Shown one piece after another: positions 50,131 to 58,352 of a stretch of DNA of 64,000 nucleotides. How positions within the stretch are numbered: the stretch's first letter is position 1; each line of letters begins with the position of its first letter. Origin of the DNA: an uncultured Aquiluna sp. (GTDB lineage: Bacteria > Actinomycetota > Actinomycetes > Actinomycetales > Microbacteriaceae); contig CAJYLB010000001.1 in assembly GCA_913775595.1 (NCBI GenBank), positions 682,001 to 746,000 on the forward strand, in the 5' to 3' direction. Both the position numbers and the translations under genes were made by a program. Below the pieces are notes generated by a model. That model was given only the letters and a program-made list of their open reading frames with translations. It ran no database searches and was not told where the DNA came from.

Positions 50131-51169
50131 TCTTGACCTCCAAGATCTCGCTTACCACTCGCTTGCCACTAGCGAGTTGCTTGCATTGAATGACCAGGTC
50201 CAGGCTCGTTAGGACTGTGGGCCGGAGGAAGCTCTCCGTGATGTTCTCTCCTGCGAGAAGTGGCAAAGTGAGAAGCTTTTCAATGGCTGCGCGGGCACTA
50301 TTGGCATGAATTGTGCAGGCGCCCGGTATCCCCGAATTCAGGGCCACAAGCAAGTCCAGGGCCTCAGCACCCCTGACCTCGCCTATCACAAGTCGATCTG
50401 GCCTCATCCGCAGAGCCTGCCGAACAAGTTCCCGCAGTCCTATCTCGCGATCACCTTCTGGGCTTGCAGGCCTTGTGCGCATTGCAACCCAGTCACGGTG
50501 ATGAAGCGAGAGCTCGAAGGTGTCCTCGCAGCTAACTATGCGCGTCTGGTTATCGAGCTCGGAGAGCAAAGCTCTCAGCATGGTTGTTTTGCCTGAGTGC
50601 GTTGCTCCCGAAACCAAGATGCTCTTGCGCTCAAAGATTGCACTGCGCAATCTCTCGGAGTCCTCAACAGATAGTGAGCTGCCAGCAACCAGATCACTGA
50701 GCGACAACTGGTTGCTGGCGAATTTTCGGATGTTCAGAGACCAGTGCTTGCGCGTGATGTCAGGTATGACGACGTGCAGCCTTGAGCCATCTGGAAGATC
50801 CGCGTCAACGTAGGGTGTGAGCCTGTCAAGTCGTCTGCCGGAGTGCCTCAGCATCCTCAGTACAAGTGCTCGCAATTGACCCGCAGTAAGGTCCACTTCC
50901 ACAACCTGATGTCCAGACGCGTTTGCAAAGTGGAGCTCGCCAGGCCTATTGATCCAAAGCTCCTCAATCGACGGGTCATCCAGAAAAGGCTGAAGAACCC
51001 CATACCCAGTCAGCTCAAGGGTTGCCCGTGCCAACAAAGCTTCCTCGTCCACCGAGTCGACGTGGTTCTCGGCCAACTCGTCAACGGCCTTCTCGGCCGC
51101 TGCCAGAGGTTCTATGCCTCGCTTTCGGACCAATTCGCGAGAGCGGTCCAGCACCTGGTTCACATCCAT
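50117..51169 (-). CDS. tadA: TadA/CpaF pilus assembly ATPase
   Basis: VDADLPDGSRL, GATHSGKTT Walker A, EDTFEL, ALRMRPDRLVIGEVRGAE, TIHANSA. Confidence 0.92.
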   Translation of the reverse strand: MDVNQVLDRSRELVRKRGIEPLAAAEKAVDELAENHVDSVDEEALLARATLELTGYGVLQPFLDDPSIEELWINRPGELHFANASGHQVVEVDLTAGQLRALVLRMLRHSGRRLDRLTPYVDADLPDGSRLHVVIPDITRKHWSLNIRKFASNQLSLSDLVAGSSLSVEDSERLRSAIFERKSILVSGATHSGKTTMLRALLSELDNQTRIVSCEDTFELSLHHRDWVAMRTRPASPEGDREIGLRELVRQALRMRPDRLVIGEVRGAEALDLLVALNSGIPGACTIHANSARAAIEKLLTLPLLAGENITESFLRPTVLTSLDLVIQCKQLASGKRVVSEILEVKSAID

Positions 51170-51250
51170 GGCAGAACAATGACACCGCGGATCCAAATCT
51201 GCTGCCGGTTTTCCACAGCCTGAGAAACCGACTAGGCTGTTGTGGTCCCA

Positions 51251-51332
51251 GCGGGTGTGGCGAAATTGGCAGACGCACCAGATTTAGGTTCTGGCGCCGC
51301 AAGGCGTGGGGGTTCAAGTCCCTTCACCCGCA
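51251..51332 (+). tRNA. tRNA-Leu (anticodon TAG), CCA not encoded
   Basis: Acceptor GCGGGTG/CACCCGC, anticodon arm CCAGA-TTTAGGT-TCTGG, long variable arm CGCC-GCAA-GGCG, GGTTCAAGTCC T-arm. Confidence 0.95.
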
Positions 51333-51346
51333 CGAGAAGTCTCTTC

Positions 51347-51622
51347 TTACTTCATGTCCCTGTAGAAATTCTCGTGTGGACCCAACGATTCCAAATAGAC
51401 CAACTTCACCTCTGTCTCGAGCGAATACCCAAGAAGCAGCTGCTGCCCTAGGCATGTGAACTTGTGAACCCTGAGGTGCTTTAAGTCTCCCTTTTTGGGC
51501 TGTCCCAAAAAGGGGTCTGCAGCGACCGCCTCAATGGCTCGATTCACCTCTGACAGCTGATTCGCATGGAGCTTTTTGTAGACGCGGAAAAACCTTCGGG
51601 TCTGCCGAATTCGCCAACTCAC
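51347..51622 (-). CDS. Type II toxin, RelE/ParE-like
   Basis: 91 aa; PFLGQPKKGDL..LRVHKF, LGPHENFYRDMK; GTGA overlap with antitoxin. Confidence 0.85.
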   Translation of the reverse strand: MSWRIRQTRRFFRVYKKLHANQLSEVNRAIEAVAADPFLGQPKKGDLKHLRVHKFTCLGQQLLLGYSLETEVKLVYLESLGPHENFYRDMK

Positions 51623-51843
51623 ACTGATCGGGGCTCAAAAGGCAAGGCTTCGGAATGAGGCTCGGCCAAGGACGCAAGGGACTCTGCAACAAAGTCGATT
51701 GGCAGGTCCGGATTCTCAAGGCCCGCCTTGCCTACACGTGCCCAGAACTCAAGCTGACCCTGTAGCGTGCGGTGCTCGATCTTTGCAGCAAGTCTGGCGG
51801 CATCCAAAAGATCCCGGCTAATTCGCACGGAGGAAGTATCCAT
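51619..51843 (-). CDS. ParD-like antitoxin
   Basis: RHH-like SVRISRDL, RTLQGQLEFWARVGK..ENPDLP; GGAGG SD before ATG 51843. Confidence 0.82.
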   Translation of the reverse strand: MDTSSVRISRDLLDAARLAAKIEHRTLQGQLEFWARVGKAGLENPDLPIDFVAESLASLAEPHSEALPFEPRSV

Positions 51844-51862
51844 AGTGGCCTCCAAAATGAAG

Positions 51863-51880
51863 TTACCACAATTGTAGTAA
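51863..51880. promoter_or_regulatory. Palindromic TA operator candidate
   Basis: TTACCACAATTGTAGTAA, 8 of 9 pairs complementary, about 20 nt upstream of the antitoxin start. Confidence 0.6.
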
Positions 51881-52007
51881 GTACTAACCATACTTTCAAT
51901 CTAGCCAAACCGCCCCGTAGGTGGGCACGTCCGATGCCCCAGTTGTGAATAAGTGAAATTGGGTTATCTAACGATTGGCGCCAAAGTAGGCTCCCAGCGT
52001 CGAACGC

Positions 52008-53906
52008 TTAGTTTGAAAGACTCACCCTGTTTGCCTTGTGATCGATCTCGAAAGTGAATGGGCCGCGGCGCACCACCTCGGTCGATCCCCCACCTTCACT
52101 TCGGATTCCAAGTGACGTAGTGATTTCTCCCAGGAACTTTTTCTGGCTTGCCAGAGAGAGCTCCGTGCCCTGGTACCAGACCTTGGCACCTGAGTGATCC
52201 CGAACCGTTAGCGCAGGAGATCCGTCTACGTCGGTGGACTGGAAGGTTGCTATGACCTCTGCACCCTCAGCCCGAGACAGTTCGCTCCAGAGCTCGATCT
52301 CGTACCCGTTGGACAGCTTCCCCTGGCCCTCGCGCAGCGGGTAGAACTCTTCAACCCGAACGCCTGCCAGGTCCCTAACCAGTTGGCCTCCATAGCCTCC
52401 AAGCTTCACCCTCAGGGTCCTGTCAGCGATGTTGCTGAAATAGGAGACCAGAATGTTTCCACCCTGAGCGACATAGTCGTGGAAGACCTGCTCCTCGGCC
52501 TCAGAAAGCATGTGAACCATTGGCAGGACAACTAGCTTGTAACTCTTTAGGGTCTCCAGGTCAACATCTCCTGGGACGAAGTCCACCCGCGTACCGTTCT
52601 CCCAGAATGACCGGTAGAAGTTGGCAACGGTCTCCGGATAGCTCAAGTCCTGAGTTGGCAAGTTGGCTTGCATCAGCGCCCAGAACTGCTCGTAGTCATA
52701 GACCATCGCAACCTCGGCCTGGTCAGTGGGGTGCTCTGCAACGCCAGGGTTCTCTGAGAGCCACTGACCCAGCTCACTCACTTCACGGAAAACTCTGGTG
52801 TCCTCTCCAGCGTGAGGAACCAGGGCACTGTGGAAGCGCTCCGAGCCTGCCTGAGACTGTCGCCACTGGAAATACATCACGCCCTGGCTGCCCCTGGCAA
52901 CAAAGCTCGCGCTGTTGCGCTTCTCCTGCCCTGGAGTCTTGGCATAGTTTCTGGGTTGCCAGTTAACCGCGCTGGTGCTGTGCTCCATGAGAAGCCACTG
53001 CTTACCATTTGCAAAGCCCCTAGTAAGGTCTGCCTGCTGTGCAAGGTCGATGTGATTGTCAGGATCGTGCTGAGCGAGGTAGTGGTCGGTTGAAACGAAG
53101 TCCATCTCCCGCGCCCACTTCCAGTAGTCCATTGCGTAGGTGAACTTCATTGACATGAAGTTGGTAGTGATCGGGTTCACCGTGTCGTACTTGCGGATGA
53201 TGTCCCGCTCCATTTTGTAGAGATCTAGCGTCACATCAGAGGTAAAGCGCTTGAAGTCAATCTGCTGACCGGGGTTCGGATGGGTACCATCTGGGGTTCG
53301 CTTAGGTACCACCAGCTCGTCCCAGTCGTAGTAGCGCTGTGACCAGAAGTCCGTGCCCCATGAAGCATTTAATTCATCAAGAGAGCTGTAGCGCTGTTGC
53401 AACCAACTAATGAATGCCTTTCGGCTGTTTTCGCAGTAGCAATAGGGGGTGTGGCACCCGTATTCGTTGTTGATGTGCCACATCACCACCGCTGGATGCT
53501 TCGCATAGCGCGACGCGATCTGGTCAACCAGCTGCGAGGCCTTCCCGCGATACACATCGCTAGCAGCACAGTAATTCTGCCTTCCTCCGTGTGCGAGCTG
53601 AACTCCGTCGAAGTTGACCGCTCGCATCTCAGGATTCGCCCGTGAAAGCCAGGCCGGTGGCGATGCAGTTGCGGTGGCCATGTCCACCGAAATACCACCC
53701 TCATGGAGCATCTCAATCGCCTCGTCCAGCCAGTCGAAGTGATAGTCGCCATCGCTTCGCTCGATCTTGGCCCAAGAGAAAATGCCCAGCGAGACCAGGT
53801 TTACCCCCGCCTTCTGCATCAGCTCAATGTCTTCTTTCCAGACATCCTTTGGCCATTGCTCTGGGTTGTAGTCCCCTCCGAAGTGAAGCTTGCCTAGGTT
53901 CAGCAT
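52008..53906 (-). CDS. Beta-galactosidase (GH42)
   Basis: FGGDYNPEQW, GIFSWA, WHINNEYG, LLMEHS, YFQWRQS. Confidence 0.93.
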   Translation of the reverse strand: MLNLGKLHFGGDYNPEQWPKDVWKEDIELMQKAGVNLVSLGIFSWAKIERSDGDYHFDWLDEAIEMLHEGGISVDMATATASPPAWLSRANPEMRAVNFDGVQLAHGGRQNYCAASDVYRGKASQLVDQIASRYAKHPAVVMWHINNEYGCHTPYCYCENSRKAFISWLQQRYSSLDELNASWGTDFWSQRYYDWDELVVPKRTPDGTHPNPGQQIDFKRFTSDVTLDLYKMERDIIRKYDTVNPITTNFMSMKFTYAMDYWKWAREMDFVSTDHYLAQHDPDNHIDLAQQADLTRGFANGKQWLLMEHSTSAVNWQPRNYAKTPGQEKRNSASFVARGSQGVMYFQWRQSQAGSERFHSALVPHAGEDTRVFREVSELGQWLSENPGVAEHPTDQAEVAMVYDYEQFWALMQANLPTQDLSYPETVANFYRSFWENGTRVDFVPGDVDLETLKSYKLVVLPMVHMLSEAEEQVFHDYVAQGGNILVSYFSNIADRTLRVKLGGYGGQLVRDLAGVRVEEFYPLREGQGKLSNGYEIELWSELSRAEGAEVIATFQSTDVDGSPALTVRDHSGAKVWYQGTELSLASQKKFLGEITTSLGIRSEGGGSTEVVRRGPFTFEIDHKANRVSLSN

Positions 53907-56020
53907 CAGATCTCCTCGATCTCAATCAGTAGTGCATTTTCTGGATTCATGATTGGGCTTCTAACGCCCACGGTTCTAAGGGCTTCACCGGTCATCTCCA
54001 CACCAGCAAACCACTCGACGTTGGTTCGTTGCGTAAAAGCCGGTTCGCCCGCTGGAAAGACTGCCTTAGCGCCATAGCTCTTGGAGGGATCTAGGCCCTC
54101 GAAGCAGATGGCACTTGGCCTCGAGCCAGCCTGACCGGCGAGTGTGACTAGCGCAAAGATGGCGCGCTTCCTGTCTTGAGAAACGACCCCGTGCACGAAG
54201 CTTGCGTCATCCTGCTGTTCGACCCGCACCATTTTTCCGCTGTGCAGCAGGTCCCTGTTCGCCTTGTAGTAGGCACTCCAAGACGAGAGCGTCTTGCGCT
54301 CCTCTGGAGTCGTCTTTGTCACATCCCACTCCAGTCCGGCATGTCCGAAGAGCGCGGTAATCGCGCGGAAGTTGAGGTTGTGAACCCGACCGGTAGTGTG
54401 CGACTGCGTTGGCCCTATGTGGCTTCCCAACATCTCTGGCGGGATAGCTATCTGTGTATAGCGCTGGATGTACTGCCGCTCGAGGGCATCGTTGCAATCC
54501 GATGTCCAGAACCTGTCAGCGACCTGGGCCATCCCCAGGTCGATTCGACCACCGCCAGAGGAACAAGACTCGATTTCTAGTCCCGGGTGGCGCTTTTTTA
54601 GCTCACCAAAGAGCTCGTAGATTGCCAAGGTCTGTTTGTGAACGACGGGGCGCCCAGCGCTTGCCGGTTCTAGCAAGAACTTGTTGTGATCCCATTTGAT
54701 GTAGGCGATGTCGTAATCGCTTAGCACTTTGTCTATCGACTCAAGGATGAAGCTGTAGGCCTCCGGGTTGGTCAGGTCAACCACGTGCTGCCTGCGACCC
54801 TCAAGGGGAACCCTGTCTCCAACCTGCAAAATCCAGTCGGGATGTGCTCGGTAGATATCGCTGTCAGGGTTGAGCATCTCTCCCTCAAACCAAAGACCAA
54901 ACTCCATGCCTGAAGACTTGACCTTCTCAATCAGGGCACCGAGCCCCTCCGGCCAAACTTCACCGGACACCTGCCAGTCGCCAAGACCCTTGGTGTCATC
55001 GCGCCGCGAGCCAAACCAACCATCGTCCAGCACAAACCGCTCGACCCCGATCTCCTGGGCTACATCGGCAAGCTCTGAGAGTTTTTCAAGGTTGTGATCG
55101 AAGTAGACGGCCTCCCAAACATTCAGTGTCAGCGGTCGAGGTCGAACCTTCGATGGATGATCAGCTCTTCCCCTCAGCCAGCTATAGCTGCGATGGGAGA
55201 TGCCATCAATGCCCTCGTCTGAGTAAATTGCATAGACCGCAGGTGCTGCGTGGGATTCACCTGAACCCAAAATGATCTCTCCTGGCAGCAAAAGCTCTCC
55301 GGCACTTATGAAAGTCCTGCCGGACTGGTGCCGCTCAATTGAGTGTCGAGAGTTGCCGGAGAAGCCAACCCCCATGGACCAGACCTCACCGATTTGGTAG
55401 CCAGCACCTTGCGTCATAGCAAGCTGCAAAATGGTGTAGTCATGACTGGAGCGACCCTCGCGCTCCTCACGCACCCAGGCTCCAGGCTGAATCGCTCTGC
55501 GGTGTGGCTGCCGCTCTTTCACCCAGCGACCCGCAAAGTCCATGGACTCGGCAACTGAGTCTGGGAGCGGCATGAAAACCTCAAGAGCGTCAATGACAAA
55601 GTCCTCTGAGCCGATGTTCTTTACCTCTTGCGAGATCTCCAAAACCCCAGAGCCGACGAACGCAAAACTGACCCTGACCTCAAGGCCCGCCTGCTTGTCG
55701 ATGCTGGTGGCAACCATGGAGGTCGCTGTCAGCGACACATCGCTTAGCGCAAATAGCTGCGAGAAGTCTTGCCCGGCGCGATGCCCCAGAAGTGCTGGAC
55801 GGGAGATAAAACCACGCGCATTCTCACGCCACACGCCCTCGAAGTAGTGCGCATCGAGCTCAGCATGGGCAGCAGGTTGAACGCTTGCAAGCCTGAGATC
55901 CTCGGCCGCCTGGGTTCCAAGGTCTTTACCCCAGTGAAGAATTTGAGGTGTTCCACTCGAGAAGTCAAAAATGACTTGGGTACCAGCTTGGGCAATGCTT
56001 GCGGATTTGGGGAGACTCAA
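53906..56020 (-). CDS. Alpha-galactosidase (GH36)
   Basis: NVWEAVYFD, FVLDDGWFG, FGLWFEGEM, YIKWDHN, IESCSSGGGR, WTSD. Confidence 0.93.
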   Translation of the reverse strand: MSLPKSASIAQAGTQVIFDFSSGTPQILHWGKDLGTQAAEDLRLASVQPAAHAELDAHYFEGVWRENARGFISRPALLGHRAGQDFSQLFALSDVSLTATSMVATSIDKQAGLEVRVSFAFVGSGVLEISQEVKNIGSEDFVIDALEVFMPLPDSVAESMDFAGRWVKERQPHRRAIQPGAWVREEREGRSSHDYTILQLAMTQGAGYQIGEVWSMGVGFSGNSRHSIERHQSGRTFISAGELLLPGEIILGSGESHAAPAVYAIYSDEGIDGISHRSYSWLRGRADHPSKVRPRPLTLNVWEAVYFDHNLEKLSELADVAQEIGVERFVLDDGWFGSRRDDTKGLGDWQVSGEVWPEGLGALIEKVKSSGMEFGLWFEGEMLNPDSDIYRAHPDWILQVGDRVPLEGRRQHVVDLTNPEAYSFILESIDKVLSDYDIAYIKWDHNKFLLEPASAGRPVVHKQTLAIYELFGELKKRHPGLEIESCSSGGGRIDLGMAQVADRFWTSDCNDALERQYIQRYTQIAIPPEMLGSHIGPTQSHTTGRVHNLNFRAITALFGHAGLEWDVTKTTPEERKTLSSWSAYYKANRDLLHSGKMVRVEQQDDASFVHGVVSQDRKRAIFALVTLAGQAGSRPSAICFEGLDPSKSYGAKAVFPAGEPAFTQRTNVEWFAGVEMTGEALRTVGVRSPIMNPENALLIEIEEI

Positions 56021-56060
56021 TTACCTACCTCGAAACATTTCTTGTCTCTAGTTTGAATGC

Positions 56061-56094
56061 GTTACTGGGCGGAGTAAAGACCCCGCCCAGTAAC
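56061..56094 (-). other. Strong stem-loop in the alpha-galactosidase leader
   Basis: Minus strand GTTACTGGGCGGGGT-cttt-ACTCCGCCCAGTAAC: 15 bp with one G-U pair, no U-tract. Confidence 0.75.
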
Positions 56095-56331
56095 TACTCA
56101 ATTGCTATTCAATTTTCAGCGCCCCACCTAGGCCAGGCGCCTGTCCGCTCGCCCAAACCTAGACACTGAACTTGAGCCCACTGCTGAACCCAAATGATTA
56201 GGTGTGAACGAACTTAGGCAATAATCCCAAACTTTTCGAAATAAAAACGACAAAAGTAATCATTCTGTTAGTAACAAACCGCTCAAATTCGCAAAAAGCT
56301 AGCTATCTTTTTTACTCAGGAGGCAACAAGA

Positions 56332-57102
56332 ATGCTCGCAGCGCAGCGAAAAGCCAGGATTCTGGAAGAGGTTGGCACGTCTGGTGCCAGGCGAATCTCG
56401 GACCTGGCGGCTGCCCTAGATGTATCCGAGGTGACAATCCGCCGGGACGTGGAGTCCCTTGCTGCCCAGGGTCTCGTTGACAAGGTGCACGGCGGGGTAA
56501 CTGCAAATGCCCTCTCCTCCACCGTCGAACCACCATTTGCAGCTAACTCCATGAAGGAACAGGCTGCAAAGGACGCGATGGCAGCCCTAGCCGCAGAGAT
56601 GGTCCGCCCAGCAATGGCGGTCGCGCTCATGGGAGGAAGCTCGGTCTACGCACTTGCAAAAAGACTTCGCGACATACCTTCGCTCACCATCGTTACAAAC
56701 TCCGTCCCAATCTCAGACATGTTTGCTCAAAAGCCGAGGGCAGATCAGACTGTCGTGCTCACAGGCGGAGTTAGGACACCAACGGATTCACTCGTGGGGA
56801 ACATTGCGGGCGAGGTCTTTTCAAGATTTAACCTTGACATTGTCTTCATGGGCACCCACGGCATGGACCCGGAGTTCGGCTTCAGCTCACCAAACCTTGT
56901 TGAGGCCGAGACAAACCGAGAGGTCATCAGGCGCAGTGCCAAGTTTGTGGTTCTAGCCGACCACTCGAAGTGGGGGGTCAAAGGCTTCAGCTCTTTTGCC
57001 GGCTTCGACACTGCCGACGTTGTCATCACCTCCCAAGGGCTTGGGGCCAAGCAGTTGCAACTGCTGCGCTCGAAGGTCAAAGAGGTCTTGGTAGCGGGCT
57101 AG
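56332..57102 (+). CDS. DeoR/GlpR-family transcriptional regulator
   Basis: LDVSEVTIRRD HTH, KVHGG, TIVTNS, VVLADHSKWG. Confidence 0.92.
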   Translation: MLAAQRKARILEEVGTSGARRISDLAAALDVSEVTIRRDVESLAAQGLVDKVHGGVTANALSSTVEPPFAANSMKEQAAKDAMAALAAEMVRPAMAVALMGGSSVYALAKRLRDIPSLTIVTNSVPISDMFAQKPRADQTVVLTGGVRTPTDSLVGNIAGEVFSRFNLDIVFMGTHGMDPEFGFSSPNLVEAETNREVIRRSAKFVVLADHSKWGVKGFSSFAGFDTADVVITSQGLGAKQLQLLRSKVKEVLVAG

Positions 57103-57674
57103 AGCTTCAGCGAATACAGGTAACTGCCAATTGGCTTTCCAAACCTGACGGCAACATCGGCAAGGTGCCCCTGCTCGACAAAGCCGTGCTTCTTATGAAG
57201 CGCAATCGAGGCGTGGGCTCCCCGGTCGGCAATGACAGCAATGATTTCGCGAATACCACCTTGCCGGCAGCGCTCAATGAGCTCAAGAAACAACCGACTA
57301 CCCAGCTTCTTGCCGGTTGCCGCAGCCGCTAGGTAGATCGAATTCTCGACGATTTTGAGATAGCTGGTCTTTTGCCTCCAAGGTGCGACATAGGCAAAAC
57401 CTAGGACCTGCTCGCCTCTCGACAAGACTATGAATGGCAGTGAGTTCTTTGTCAGCAGCTGAAATAGGTCCTGCCAGTAGCCAAGCTCGAGAGGCTTGTC
57501 GTCAAAGGTGATCACGGTGTTCTGGATGAAGAAGTTGTAGATGTCTCGAACCTGAGGCAGATCCCGCTCACTCGCGTCTCTTATCTTGATCTCTTGCTCT
57601 GGCTCCTCTGGCCTTTGCCGGAGCTTGCGGACAAGCCGCCACCTGGTTTCGGAATCAACCACTAGCTGCTCCAA
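57099..57674 (-). CDS. GNAT N-acetyltransferase (phosphinothricin/methionine sulfoximine acetyltransferase-like)
   Basis: IYNFFIQNTVITFD, ENSIYL, ASIALHKKHGF. Confidence 0.8.
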   Translation of the reverse strand: MEQLVVDSETRWRLVRKLRQRPEEPEQEIKIRDASERDLPQVRDIYNFFIQNTVITFDDKPLELGYWQDLFQLLTKNSLPFIVLSRGEQVLGFAYVAPWRQKTSYLKIVENSIYLAAAATGKKLGSRLFLELIERCRQGGIREIIAVIADRGAHASIALHKKHGFVEQGHLADVAVRFGKPIGSYLYSLKL

Positions 57675-58303
57675 TCAATCGGCTCTAGACCCAACTCTAG
57701 AAGTGCTTTGTTACAAACAGAGAAGGGTTTTGAGCCAAAGAAGCCGCGGTAGGACGAGAGCGGGGATGGATGCGGCGAGCTAATTATCGTCGCTCCACCT
57801 AGTTGCGGCTCGAGCTCTCGAGCTTTGGCTCCCCACAAAATAGCCACTAGGGCCCCCTGCCGAGATTCAGCCAGGTAGCGGCAGGCAGCATTGGTGAATT
57901 GGTCCCAACCAAGTGATAGATGAGCGGCTGTCTGATTCTCTAGCGTGCTTAGGTGCCGATTTAGGAGCATGACCCCCGAGTGCGCCCAGCTCTCAATCGA
58001 AGTACTTCGAGAGATGCCAAGGTCATCATTTAGCTCCCTAAGGATGTTCCTAAGTGTGGGTGGCAAAGGCGAGGTTCCCTCTGGAACTGCGAAAGCAAGT
58101 CCGGTGGCATGGAGCGGGTTTGGATACGGGTCCTGACCAACAATAAGAACGCGGTAGTTATCAACTGCAATTTCAAAGGCTCGAAATAGTTTCTCTCTGG
58201 AGGGTGTGATGCCCCCATCAGGGAGCGAGCTCAGGATGTTCGCTAGCTGCTCAGACTGCTGATCAAAAAGCGGCAGCCAAGACGGGTGAACAGAATCAAA
58301 CAT
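57662..58303 (-). CDS. ung: Uracil-DNA glycosylase family 1
   Basis: GQDPY, GVMLLN, HPSPLS, FFGSKPFS; TACTAT -10 lies 6 nt before ATG 58303. Confidence 0.93.
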   Translation of the reverse strand: MFDSVHPSWLPLFDQQSEQLANILSSLPDGGITPSREKLFRAFEIAVDNYRVLIVGQDPYPNPLHATGLAFAVPEGTSPLPPTLRNILRELNDDLGISRSTSIESWAHSGVMLLNRHLSTLENQTAAHLSLGWDQFTNAACRYLAESRQGALVAILWGAKARELEPQLGGATIISSPHPSPLSSYRGFFGSKPFSVCNKALLELGLEPIDWSS

Positions 58304-58352
58304 GAGCCAATAGTAAAAGTGCGAAGATAAGTGAAGAGCCAAAGGAGCGAAG

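Noticed and set aside
51022..51459. ORFs overlapping the tRNA region
   Set aside because: They overlap tadA, tRNA-Leu and the toxin, and show no protein motifs
51310..57102. Genomic island from tRNA-Leu through the galactosidase genes
   Set aside because: I found no duplicated tRNA 3' end or integrase by eye, so boundaries are unsupported
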